Assembly: GCA_035344155.1 (NCBI GenBank) | Contig: DAORAL010000003.1 | Coordinates: 132,402 to 196,401 of the forward strand | Direction of reading: 5' to 3' | Source: Phycisphaerae bacterium | GTDB taxonomy: Bacteria; Planctomycetota; Phycisphaerae; UBA1845 | Length of the DNA: 64,000 nt | Shown: in pieces, positions 37,257 to 45,818 of the stretch | How positions within the stretch are numbered: position 1 is the stretch's first letter | How the letters are laid out: each line of letters starts with the position of its first letter | The notes under the pieces: generated by a model | Seen by the model: the letters and a program-made list of their open reading frames with translations, nothing else | Told to the model about the DNA's origin: nothing | The model's database searches: none | Made by a program: the position numbers and the translations under genes

Positions 37257-37807
37257 TCCGGAAGGCGATCATTCTGGGACTCACGACGGTTGGTGCTGCG
37301 AGTGCATTATTCTGGATCACCAGCGCAGTAGTTGGCCCTCTTCGGTAGGAATTTGCAGGCACCGAACGAGGCGTCTTGTTCGAAATCGACGGTGGACGAT
37401 TCGAATTGGCATACTTCGACAATCATCATTCTGGACAACACAGATACCCGCATGTGGTCCCCAGAATCAAGCTCGACATTCCCGCATTCAGAGGCCAGGA
37501 TTTGTGGCAGAGAAGGTATCGTTATCGTGTCAATTCCAGGTTGCACGAAAGCCTCTACTTCTTCAGATTCGATGAAACAACTCATCATCCTTATCCGGCA
37601 TTCTCCTCGCTTTCGTTCGTCGCTGGCGTACCTGCTTGGTTGGTGCAACTGACGTTCACGCCTTACCCACTTATTGCCTTCATTCGTGGCCCATTGCGTC
37701 GTTTTCGCCAAAGTCGTCGTCGCAAACGCAATCAATGCGTCCATTGCGGGTACAACCTGACGGGATTGCCTGAACCCAGATGTCCCGAATGCGGTGAGAA
37801 GACGTGA
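37253..37807 (+). pseudogene. Zn-ribbon membrane paralog 4 of 5, interrupted by an in-frame TAG at 37346..37348
   Basis: MIRKAIILGLTTVGAASALFWITSAVVGPLR is followed by TAG. The same frame then continues EFAGTERGVLFEIDGG...GPLRRFRQSRRRKRNQCVHCGYNLTGLPEPRCPECG. It overlaps gene 3 as ATGA. Confidence 0.65.
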
Positions 37808-38328
37808 TTCGAAGAACGGTTATCATTGCCTTGACGGTGGCAACCGCAACCACGGGCATCGTGGCTATTGTCGGCGCTTGTCATCCAACCCATTGGGGCT
37901 TCGTATCGGGAACGCACCTATTTTCATTTTGCGCAACTGGCATGAAGGGCGGATTCATATGGGAAGACCACGACACACATTCAAACGCAATGTCGCTTGC
38001 GGGGCTGCACAACCTTTGGCGCCCCATGGGGCTGGATGGTGAATTTAAATTCATCTGGCGTCGGAAGATAACGAGAGATGACTCTTCGCATTCAGGGCGA
38101 TACTCTGTGCGTTCATTTGTTAGGACTTGGATAATCATGCCTCTTTGGATTCCGTTCCTGGCATTTGGCATCTTTCCCGCGATTGCTTTTGCGCGCGGAC
38201 CATTCCGCAGATGGCGCCAGCCCGGCGATGGATATTGCATTCGCTGCGGTTACGACCTAACGGGAAACGTCAGCGGTGTTTGTCCTGAATGCGGTTCGCC
38301 TGTCAGTTCAACAATTTCCCATCTTTGA
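37804..38328 (+). CDS. Zn-ribbon membrane paralog 5 of 5
   Basis: A GTG start overlaps the gene 4 stop (GTGA). It begins (M)IRRTVIIALTVATATTGIV and has ...MPLWIPFLAFGIFPAIAFARGPFRRWRQPGDGYCIRCGYDLTGNVSGVCPECG. Confidence 0.75.
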   Translation: MIRRTVIIALTVATATTGIVAIVGACHPTHWGFVSGTHLFSFCATGMKGGFIWEDHDTHSNAMSLAGLHNLWRPMGLDGEFKFIWRRKITRDDSSHSGRYSVRSFVRTWIIMPLWIPFLAFGIFPAIAFARGPFRRWRQPGDGYCIRCGYDLTGNVSGVCPECGSPVSSTISHL

Positions 38329-38783
38329 ATCGGTCGCTATTACATTTATTGCGTCTTGCCTGCTCACAACCGTGACAGTTGAAATCGGAGCGGTCATGTC
38401 GATAGCGTAATCCGGTACCGGGTTACCAAGCGAATCTCTAACCTGTTTCCGTTTACTCACACAAAACGGATTCGGTGATTCTGCGATTTATGGCATGCCT
38501 ATTGATTGCCTGTGAACCCGTCTGGTCGGACGGAATGCACGCTTATTTGTCTTGCTCCATTGCACCGGTTCAATTCGGTGGATTGGATGTGCGGCTTTTG
38601 GTGTCCGTTCGATTGCGTATGCATTGCGGCGTGGTTGCGCATGGTTTCGGACCTTGCGGGCGGCGTTCACGTTTTCAATCGGTTTGCCCGCTTCACCGAT
38701 AGTTCAAGGGATAACGGTTCGGTATATACCGCAGGACGTGAGAAACTCCCATCGCCAGTCAACGCGCACAATCGAATGATGGC

Positions 38784-41495
38784 TTGAACCACAGTCAGCC
38801 GCGTCACGGTGTTTCTAGCGGTAACACAGGCGCTGCGCCCATCGATCAGCCGGCGGCACCGAGTCGTCGTTGGCCCGTTCATTTCATCGCGATCGCCGTG
38901 TTGATCATCGGGCTGACGGTCACGATGCTGGCCGTCGACACGACGTCGCGCAATGCAGATCGCATGGCCAAGTCCCGCTTTGATCGACTCTCCGACCATC
39001 TCGTCAACGAAGTGCAGCGACGTTTGCAAAGACCGGTTTACGGGCTCTTTGGTGTGCGTGGATTGTTTGCGGCAAGCACATCGGTCGAACGGCGCGAGTT
39101 CGATGCGTACGCGGCATCGTTGAAAATGATCGTGGAGTTTCCCGGCGTTCATGCGTTTCAGTTCATCAAGCACGTCAACCGCGATGAATTGGAGGCATTT
39201 GTAGCCGATGAGCGAGCCGACGATGCGCCGAATTTTTCGGTTCACGCAATGGAACCAGTCGACGCAAACGTCAAACCGGATGACGATCTCTTCGTCGTGA
39301 CCTACACCTACCCGCTGGAGAACAACGAGAAGGCTTGGGGTCTCGACAACGGGAGTGAACCGCGTCGCAGGGCAACGGTCGAACGGGCGGTGCGGTCGGG
39401 CCAGCCTGTCATCAGTGACCAAATCATGCTCGTTCAAGGCGATGGACCACACGCCGGGTTTCTGTACTACTTGCCCGTTTACAAGAACGGGGCAAAAACC
39501 GACACGCCCGAAGATCGTGAAGCCGCGCTGTTGGGTCTTGCGTGTGCGCCGATCGTATTGGACGAAGCGATGGCTGGCGTCGAGCGGGCAGCGGGCATCG
39601 CCGACGGTACGTTGGATTTCCACTTGTTCACGGACAAGTCGCTGTCGTCGGAGTATCTGCTGTATCGCAACCACCGCGCTAGCGAATACACACCCAAGGC
39701 ATCACCCCAGGGTTCATCGAGTCATAAGTTCGAAAGCCGAGCGACGCTCAATGTGGCCGGGCAACTGTGGATCATGGTCACAAACACCACGCCCGTTTTC
39801 GACGCGGGAGTCAACGGTTCGTCGCATTGGACGCTCGGTAGTGGTGGGACGTTGATGAGTTTGCTGGTTGCGGGAATCATCTGGTCGTTCGGTACCGGCA
39901 GAATGCGGGCGATCAATCTTGCCCACCGCATGACCGCCGACCTGGCCAAAGCCAAAATCGCAGCTGAGACGGCCAACGACACGAAGACGCGATTCCTCGC
40001 CAGCATGAGCCACGAAATCCGAACACCGCTCAATGGAATCATTGGTTTTGCGGACCTGCTGCGCCGACACGCCGACGACGGAAATCCGGACACGCGCGAA
40101 GAGTGGATCGGTGTGATCCACGGAAGCGGAACCCATCTCTTGACTCTCATCAACGACGTCCTGGACATTTCCAAGTTGGACGTCGGAAAGATGGACATGG
40201 CCCTTGCGCCGTGCAGCCCGCGCGAGGTCATTTCGGGTTCGGTAGCTGTGCTAACGTCACGGGCCAAAGAGCAAGGGATCGCGTTGGATCTGGCGTTTGA
40301 TCCGAGTGTGCCCGACGCGATTCGCACAGATGGCACCCGATTGCGTCAGATCGCGATGAACCTCGTGGGCAACGCCGTGAAGTTCACGCAGCTCGGCGGC
40401 GTCAAGGTGGCGGTAAGATACGACCCGGGTTCAGGCAGCAAAGGCTCCAATTCCGACGACAAGAATGCGTCGGCAATGCTCAGAATCTCCGTGACCGACA
40501 CCGGTATTGGCATGTCGCCCGAGCAACTCGGTAATCTATTCAAGCCATTTGAACAAGCCGATCAAAGCATCGCGGCACGCTTCGGCGGAACGGGACTCGG
40601 CCTGTCGATCAGCAAAAGCATCGCCCAGCGGTTGGGTGGTGACATCACCGTCACGAGTACCCTCGGAGCCGGCAGCACGTTCACCGCAACGATTGCAGCC
40701 AACCCGTTGTTGCCTGGTGAGTCGTTGCCGCGTGCCATGCCGACGGTTGAGGCATGGGACACGGGTGAGCCGGGTGCGAAGGCGCCACTCGGTGGGCGCA
40801 CGATCCTGGTCGTCGATGATGTCGAAACCAATCGCAAGGTCTGTTCGATTTTTCTGAAACGGGCTGGGGCGCATGTCGATTTGGCCTGCGACGGTACCGA
40901 AGCGATCGAAATTTGCAGTAAGCAGCTGTTCGACCTTGTGCTGATGGACATTCAGATGCCGACGATGAGCGGACTGGAGGCGACCCGTGCCATCCGCGCC
41001 AACGGATTTACGGCTCCGATCATAGCGTTGACCGCATTTTCGACGGGGGCCGATCGGGAAGAGTGCCTTGCGGTGGGCATGAACGATTTTCTAAGTAAAC
41101 CGATTGTGCCTGCCGTCATGATTCAGACTGTTGCCCGGTGGACAAAACTTGCGGTACCGGATGAAGGGTCGCGGGAAACGGGTAATGAGTTACCGACCTG
41201 GGCGTCCGATCCGGAACTGGAGCCCATCGCCCGGAGTTGGTTGACCGATTTGCCCCACAAGCTGGACGTGATCGAAGAAGCGCTCACATCGAACGATGGG
41301 GAAAACGCAGCTCGGGAAGCCCATGCCATCAAGGGCGCGGGCGGTTCGTTGGGGATGTCGGAATTCACGAATCCGGCTGAAGTGCTCGAATCCGCAGCCC
41401 ACGCGAAGAGTTTTGACATTGCCCGCATGGCACTGGTCAAGATGAGAAGGCTGCACGCCGAGGCGTGTGCCCGCCTGGAAGAACGGGCGGCTTAA
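38784..41495 (+). CDS. Hybrid sensor histidine kinase: TM-CHASE-TM, HisKA, HATPase, receiver, HPt
   Basis: It has FLASMSHEIRTPLNGIIGF (H-box), GTGLGLSISK (G2), ILVVDDVETNRKV...LVLMDIQMP (REC) and AHAIKGAGGSLGM (HPt). The only in-frame start upstream of TM1 is the TTG at 38784. Confidence 0.85.
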   Translation: MNHSQPRHGVSSGNTGAAPIDQPAAPSRRWPVHFIAIAVLIIGLTVTMLAVDTTSRNADRMAKSRFDRLSDHLVNEVQRRLQRPVYGLFGVRGLFAASTSVERREFDAYAASLKMIVEFPGVHAFQFIKHVNRDELEAFVADERADDAPNFSVHAMEPVDANVKPDDDLFVVTYTYPLENNEKAWGLDNGSEPRRRATVERAVRSGQPVISDQIMLVQGDGPHAGFLYYLPVYKNGAKTDTPEDREAALLGLACAPIVLDEAMAGVERAAGIADGTLDFHLFTDKSLSSEYLLYRNHRASEYTPKASPQGSSSHKFESRATLNVAGQLWIMVTNTTPVFDAGVNGSSHWTLGSGGTLMSLLVAGIIWSFGTGRMRAINLAHRMTADLAKAKIAAETANDTKTRFLASMSHEIRTPLNGIIGFADLLRRHADDGNPDTREEWIGVIHGSGTHLLTLINDVLDISKLDVGKMDMALAPCSPREVISGSVAVLTSRAKEQGIALDLAFDPSVPDAIRTDGTRLRQIAMNLVGNAVKFTQLGGVKVAVRYDPGSGSKGSNSDDKNASAMLRISVTDTGIGMSPEQLGNLFKPFEQADQSIAARFGGTGLGLSISKSIAQRLGGDITVTSTLGAGSTFTATIAANPLLPGESLPRAMPTVEAWDTGEPGAKAPLGGRTILVVDDVETNRKVCSIFLKRAGAHVDLACDGTEAIEICSKQLFDLVLMDIQMPTMSGLEATRAIRANGFTAPIIALTAFSTGADREECLAVGMNDFLSKPIVPAVMIQTVARWTKLAVPDEGSRETGNELPTWASDPELEPIARSWLTDLPHKLDVIEEALTSNDGENAAREAHAIKGAGGSLGMSEFTNPAEVLESAAHAKSFDIARMALVKMRRLHAEACARLEERAA

Positions 41496-41551
41496 CAGCG
41501 CGTATTTCTTATTGATTCTGATGTCGTTCGATTCCATATGTTGCATCCGAC

Positions 41552-41586
41552 TTGACAAATCGGATATGTATGGCATAATTGCCATA
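41552..41586 (+). promoter_or_regulatory. Sigma70-like promoter (TTGACA-17-ATAATT) overlapped by the 18-bp palindrome TATGGCATAATTGCCATA; predicts a leaderless arsR mRNA
   Basis: The -35 element is at 41552..41557 and the -10 at 41575..41580. The palindrome spans 41569..41586. The arsR ATG is at 41586. Confidence 0.6.
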
Positions 41587-41915
41587 TGGCCATGAAGCGA
41601 AAAACATTGCGGCATTACGAATCGCGGGCGGAGATTGCCAAAGCCCTTGCCCATCCGACCCGTCTGCTCCTTCTGGATGCCCTGCAGAAGTCAGAAACCT
41701 GTGTCTGCGATCTGACGGATCTTGTCGGTGCTGACCAATCCACCGTATCGAAGCACCTGGCGATTCTAAAGAACGTCGGACTCATTGCGTGTCGCAAGGA
41801 AGGACCGATGAGTTTCTACCGCGTGACATGTCGGTGTCTGGATGGTTTCTTCACGTGCATCGAGACCGTGCTCAAAGCCAATCTCGATGCGCAGCGGGCA
41901 GCGGCTGGCGTTTGA
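41586..41915 (+). CDS. arsR: ArsR-family metalloregulator with CVC motif
   Basis: It has LAHPTRLLLLDALQKSETCVCDLTDLVGADQSTVSKHLAILK, which is like the ELCVCDL As(III) site. Confidence 0.8.
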   Translation: MAMKRKTLRHYESRAEIAKALAHPTRLLLLDALQKSETCVCDLTDLVGADQSTVSKHLAILKNVGLIACRKEGPMSFYRVTCRCLDGFFTCIETVLKANLDAQRAAAGV

Positions 41916-41948
41916 TGCCCACCTTTTTCGCTAGTTTCTCTTTTCGGG

Positions 41949-41973
41949 TTGACATGGCGATATGGCCATGAAG
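41949..41973 (+). promoter_or_regulatory. Second TTGACA box plus a duplicated 15-mer ATATGGCCATGAAGC (copy of the arsR start region)
   Basis: The 15-mer occurs at 41584..41598 and at 41959..41973. It is followed by the hairpin GTGGTT-GCGG-AACCAC. Confidence 0.4.
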
Positions 41974-42034
41974 CCAAGTGGTTGCGGAACCACGTCGCCA
42001 TGATCGGCTGCGCACTTCAAACAGGACGCACGTC

Positions 42035-42853
42035 ATGAGACGAAACACGTTGAACTTCACGGTCGATACCCTCGCGCTGATTGGCATGGTCGCGATGGCC
42101 GTCACCGGTCTGGTCATTCGTTACACGCTTCCACCGGGCACGGGCGGTCGGGAGGGGGGCCGGGCCTTGAAGCTCTGGGGCCTCTCGCGACACGGCTGGG
42201 GTGATGTTCACTTCTGGATCGCAGTCGGGATCGCGGCGATGTTGCTGCTGCACGTGTTTTTGCACTGGCAGTGGGCCTGGAAAACGGTCCTTCGGTTCTT
42301 CTCGACGCCGACGCGTTTTCGCCAACACCTGAGCCCCCTCGCCTCAAAAGTCTGGGGACTCGGATTCTTCCTGTTCGTTGCCGCCGTGATTGCCGCGTTC
42401 GTCTGGTTCGCCCAGTCGAGCGTTCAAGTCGTCAACGCCCAGCGACCGATCGCGACCGACGTTGCCGCGAGTCAACCAGTGGCCGCCGCCGATGCGCCCG
42501 AACAGGTTGACGCGGTCGAACCCAAGAAAGCAATCGGACGCAAGGGGCCGGCTGAACAAAGCGAAGGTGTCGGACGAAACGAAGCGGAGGGTCACGATGA
42601 GACGGAGGATCACATCGTCGCCGGCGTCGAGATCCGCGGCTCGATGACACTGCGGGCAGTCGCGACCGCAACCGGCGTGGACGTGGAGGCCATCAAGGAG
42701 CGGTTCGGAATCCCCAGCCGCGTGTCGTCCGATGAGCAATTGGGCCGGCTGAAACGCGCGTATGGTTTTGAGTTGTCCGAACTGCGCAGCTTTCTGTCGA
42801 GTCAGTTGAAATCTCCGAGCCCCGCACCGTCAAGTGCGGAAGGCATGCCGTAG
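42035..42853 (+). CDS. DUF4405-like membrane protein with a long soluble C-terminal extension
   Basis: It has MRRNTLNFTVDTLALIGMVAMAVTGLVIRYTLPPG...HFWIAVGIAAMLLLHVFLHWQW. Confidence 0.6.
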   Translation: MRRNTLNFTVDTLALIGMVAMAVTGLVIRYTLPPGTGGREGGRALKLWGLSRHGWGDVHFWIAVGIAAMLLLHVFLHWQWAWKTVLRFFSTPTRFRQHLSPLASKVWGLGFFLFVAAVIAAFVWFAQSSVQVVNAQRPIATDVAASQPVAAADAPEQVDAVEPKKAIGRKGPAEQSEGVGRNEAEGHDETEDHIVAGVEIRGSMTLRAVATATGVDVEAIKERFGIPSRVSSDEQLGRLKRAYGFELSELRSFLSSQLKSPSPAPSSAEGMP

Positions 42854-42871
42854 AAGGAAGGACGAAAGTCT

Positions 42872-44176
42872 GTGAAGCAGTGGAAGATATTTGTTGTCTT
42901 CGTCGCGATTTTTCTGATCGCATACTTTCTACCCCTTTCAAATTCGAAAGTGACGGGCGCCATCCTCGAAGCGTTCAAAATGCTTCAGTGGTACGCCCGC
43001 AACCACACGCTCGCATGCGTCGTACCGGCGTTGTTCATTGCCGGCGCGATCATCACGTTCTTGTCGAAGGAAGCCGTGCTTCGACATCTCGGTCCGAGAG
43101 CGAACAAGGTCGAGGCTTACTCTGTAGCGTCGGTGTCGGGGACGGTGTTGGCCGTCTGCTCTTGCAGCGTGCTGCCGATGTTCGCAGGCATCTATCGCGT
43201 GGGGGCGGGGCTTGGTCCGGCGTCTGCATTTCTCTATTCCGGTCCGGCGATCAACATCCTTGCACTTTTTCTGACGGCTCGCGTGCTCGGTTTTCAAATC
43301 GGCATTGCGCGGGCGGTGGGCGCGATCGTGTTCGGCGTCGTCATCGGGCTGCTGATGGCCATCATCTTTCGCAAGGATGAGCAGGTCCGCGCGGAAAACG
43401 CGATGACGGAAGCCGTACCGCAGAAGCCGCGGCGCTCCCTTGGGCAAACGGTTCTCTATTTCGCGTGCATGATGGCGTTTCTCGTGTTCAGCGATTGGTA
43501 CAACCCGGGCAACGTCACCGTGGAGACCGTTGACGGGACGGTCATGCGGGCCGTCCTCATGCAGGAGACGCGCGACACGGTGGTCGTGCAAGTGGAAAAA
43601 CCGGTGGACGGTCACGCCGTCGGCGACAAGCTCACACTGGCCAAGTCCGACATCGTTTCGCTGGAGGATACCGGCGGATGGGTGATGACCATTTTCCACG
43701 CCAAGTGGTACCTCGCCGGCGCGATGGGGTTGGCCGTCCTGCTGATGGTGTGGCGCTGGTTCGACCGCGACGAAGTCGGCGAATGGATGCACAACACCTG
43801 GGAGTTTGCGAAGTTGCTGGTGCCGCTTTTGTTCGGCGGCGTGTTCGTGGTTGGATTTCTCGGGGCGCTGCTGCCGGATGAACAGGTTGCGGGGTTGGTG
43901 GGCGACAACTCGCTGCAATCGAACGCGGTAGCCTCTGTGGTTGGCTGTCTGTTCTATTTTGCGACGCTGACGGAGATACCGATTCTGCAGGCACTGATGG
44001 AACACGGAATGCACGAGGGGCCGGCGCTCGCGCTGCTGCTTGCCGGTCCGGCGTTGTCATTACCCAGCCTGCTCGTGATTCGTACCGTGGTCGGGAATAC
44101 CAAGACGATCGTGTTTACCTTGCTGGTGATCGTGATGGCTACGGCCGCCGGCATGGTTTACGGCGCGTTCGTTTGA
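42872..44176 (+). CDS. COG0701/ArsP-like permease
   Basis: It has a GTG start and is polytopic. It carries the LAVCSCSVLPMF motif and has a roughly 60-aa soluble insert in the central loop. Confidence 0.75.
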   Translation: MKQWKIFVVFVAIFLIAYFLPLSNSKVTGAILEAFKMLQWYARNHTLACVVPALFIAGAIITFLSKEAVLRHLGPRANKVEAYSVASVSGTVLAVCSCSVLPMFAGIYRVGAGLGPASAFLYSGPAINILALFLTARVLGFQIGIARAVGAIVFGVVIGLLMAIIFRKDEQVRAENAMTEAVPQKPRRSLGQTVLYFACMMAFLVFSDWYNPGNVTVETVDGTVMRAVLMQETRDTVVVQVEKPVDGHAVGDKLTLAKSDIVSLEDTGGWVMTIFHAKWYLAGAMGLAVLLMVWRWFDRDEVGEWMHNTWEFAKLLVPLLFGGVFVVGFLGALLPDEQVAGLVGDNSLQSNAVASVVGCLFYFATLTEIPILQALMEHGMHEGPALALLLAGPALSLPSLLVIRTVVGNTKTIVFTLLVIVMATAAGMVYGAFV

Positions 44177-44195
44177 ATCGTTTAGGAGCGTAGGA

Positions 44196-44432
44196 ATGAA
44201 GGTCGAAATACTCGGAACCGGGTGTGCCAAATGCCAGGCGCTGGACGCCAACGCCAAAGCCGCGGCGGCGAAACTGGGCATCGATTGCGAATTCTCGAAA
44301 GTCACCAGCCTCGCCGAAATCGCCGGTCGCGGTGTGATGATGACGCCGGCATTGTCGATCGATGGTCAGGTCATGGTGGCCGGCAAGGTGCCAAGCGAAG
44401 ATGAAATTGCGGCGCTGCTGAGCGGACGTTAG
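44196..44432 (+). CDS. Thioredoxin-fold 'redox-active disulfide protein 2' family protein
   Basis: 78 aa with MKVEILGTGCAKCQ (CxxC). Proteins of this type commonly partner COG0701 permeases. Confidence 0.8.
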   Translation: MKVEILGTGCAKCQALDANAKAAAAKLGIDCEFSKVTSLAEIAGRGVMMTPALSIDGQVMVAGKVPSEDEIAALLSGR

Positions 44433-44540
44433 TTGGCGTGCCAAGGTGCCGGCTGGGCGCTTTGGATGAACGCTGGCATCCTGTCTTTCGAATTCCGTAG
44501 GAAACACAGGCTGTCTATCCACCAACGCGCCATCGTCGGG

Positions 44541-44732
44541 TCAGCTTGTGGCTCCCTGATCGCACGAAACCAGTCGTTCCGACAGGCTGCGGAGTTGATC
44601 GCGATAGGTGTTTAGATCGGCGCGGTAGTCGTGCGTGTTGGTGTGTCGGATTTCCGCGCTTAGATCGGTCACTTCCCGATCGATCAGCTTGACCAGCAAT
44701 TCGCGTTCATGATCATTGACTTGCAGGTTCAT
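44541..44732 (-). CDS. Hypothetical small helical protein
   Basis: 63 aa with charged, coiled-coil-like composition. No motif recognised. Confidence 0.35.
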   Translation of the reverse strand: MNLQVNDHERELLVKLIDREVTDLSAEIRHTNTHDYRADLNTYRDQLRSLSERLVSCDQGATS

Positions 44733-44973
44733 ATGTCACCTCCAACGTGATTCTATGCGCCGTGCCGGGTGTGCTTCAAATTGTTAAAAGAAAAAGCCGA
44801 TTACGCGCGTGTTTGGGCGTACGATTGCAGGTGGCGTCGCGACGTGTTCACGTCGTTTGGAATTGACTTGATCGAGTCAAATCACTGTGGAGCGTGCATC
44901 CGGCTGACTCGGGTCCGGCTTCGCTTCGTCGCGGTCTAGTTACGATTGTGTGACGCCAGTTGCGGCGTGGAGC

Positions 44974-45162
44974 CTATTGATAGAGGCTCCATTCTTCAAA
45001 GGCGTTGAGGTGCAGGTTGGGTTTTTGAACGGCGACCAACCGCAGGATTTGTGGCAGCCCCAAGATGATGCGGTCGCCTTTGCTTTCGGGTTCATCTTCG
45101 CTTGATGATTTGGAAGATTCTCTGTTGGTTTCCTTGCGCTTCTCAAACGTCGTCTGTTTCAT
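44974..45162 (-). CDS. Hypothetical small protein
   Basis: 62 aa, a lone ORF in a 1.1-kb gap. A hairpin, GGAGCCT-N8-AGGCTCC, overlaps its stop. Confidence 0.25.
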   Translation of the reverse strand: MKQTTFEKRKETNRESSKSSSEDEPESKGDRIILGLPQILRLVAVQKPNLHLNAFEEWSLYQ

Positions 45163-45818
45163 CTTGGCGTTCTCAATCCTGAGTGTTTCGTTGTGTCGCC
45201 CAAAAACCGTCGACGCTCCTCCCCCCTACAGCATACGATATCCAAATCGTTTTGGTTCACATATCTGAGAATCTATCGGCCTCTAATTCGTGAGTGGGGT
45301 GTAAAAAATACGACGGATGGCACGGCTGAGTCTATCCCTGCGAGTGCAAACGCGCGCGCAGTGTGTTGTCACCGGTTTCGAGATCGGTATGTGGAAGTCC
45401 CGTGGTTTCATGGCTGTTGCCAACGATTGGGAGTAGTGCGCAACGCAGCACTTGTTGTTATCGACCATAAAGGGCACGTCATCGATTTATTTTCATTCGC
45501 ACTTTCTGTCTGCAATGCCTCAACAGTGCGCGTTCAGTAGTACTGACGCACGAAGGGGCGTGTGCTTTCCCACATGGCCAAGCGGTATTCAAAAGGGCCA
45601 ACACGGCCTGCGTGCACCAAGAGCGCTTTCAGAAGATTGTGATCAGACTGGCAATCTCATCCAACCCGCCGGTTTGGCACGCAACGTGCACCCGTTTTCG
45701 GGGGACGGGCGCTTCGATTCGTTCGTGAAAAGGGCGCGTACATTTTCGTTGAATCGAGGCGCGGTCAGGCATCCCAATCCATGAACGGTGAGATCCACAG
45801 AAACGAGAAGACACCCAA

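Noticed and set aside
38563-38580. tRNA T-arm-like CACCG-GTTCAATT-CGGTG
   Set aside because: The loop is 8 nt, not 7. No acceptor, D or anticodon arms can be assembled from the flanks.
38667-39674. 335-aa minus-strand ORF
   Set aside because: It is antisense to the CHASE domain region of the hybrid histidine kinase. It has no motif and a shadow-ORF composition.
42938-44014. 358-aa minus-strand ORF
   Set aside because: It is antisense to the polytopic ArsP-like permease. Its Arg/His-rich low-complexity translation does not look like a real protein.
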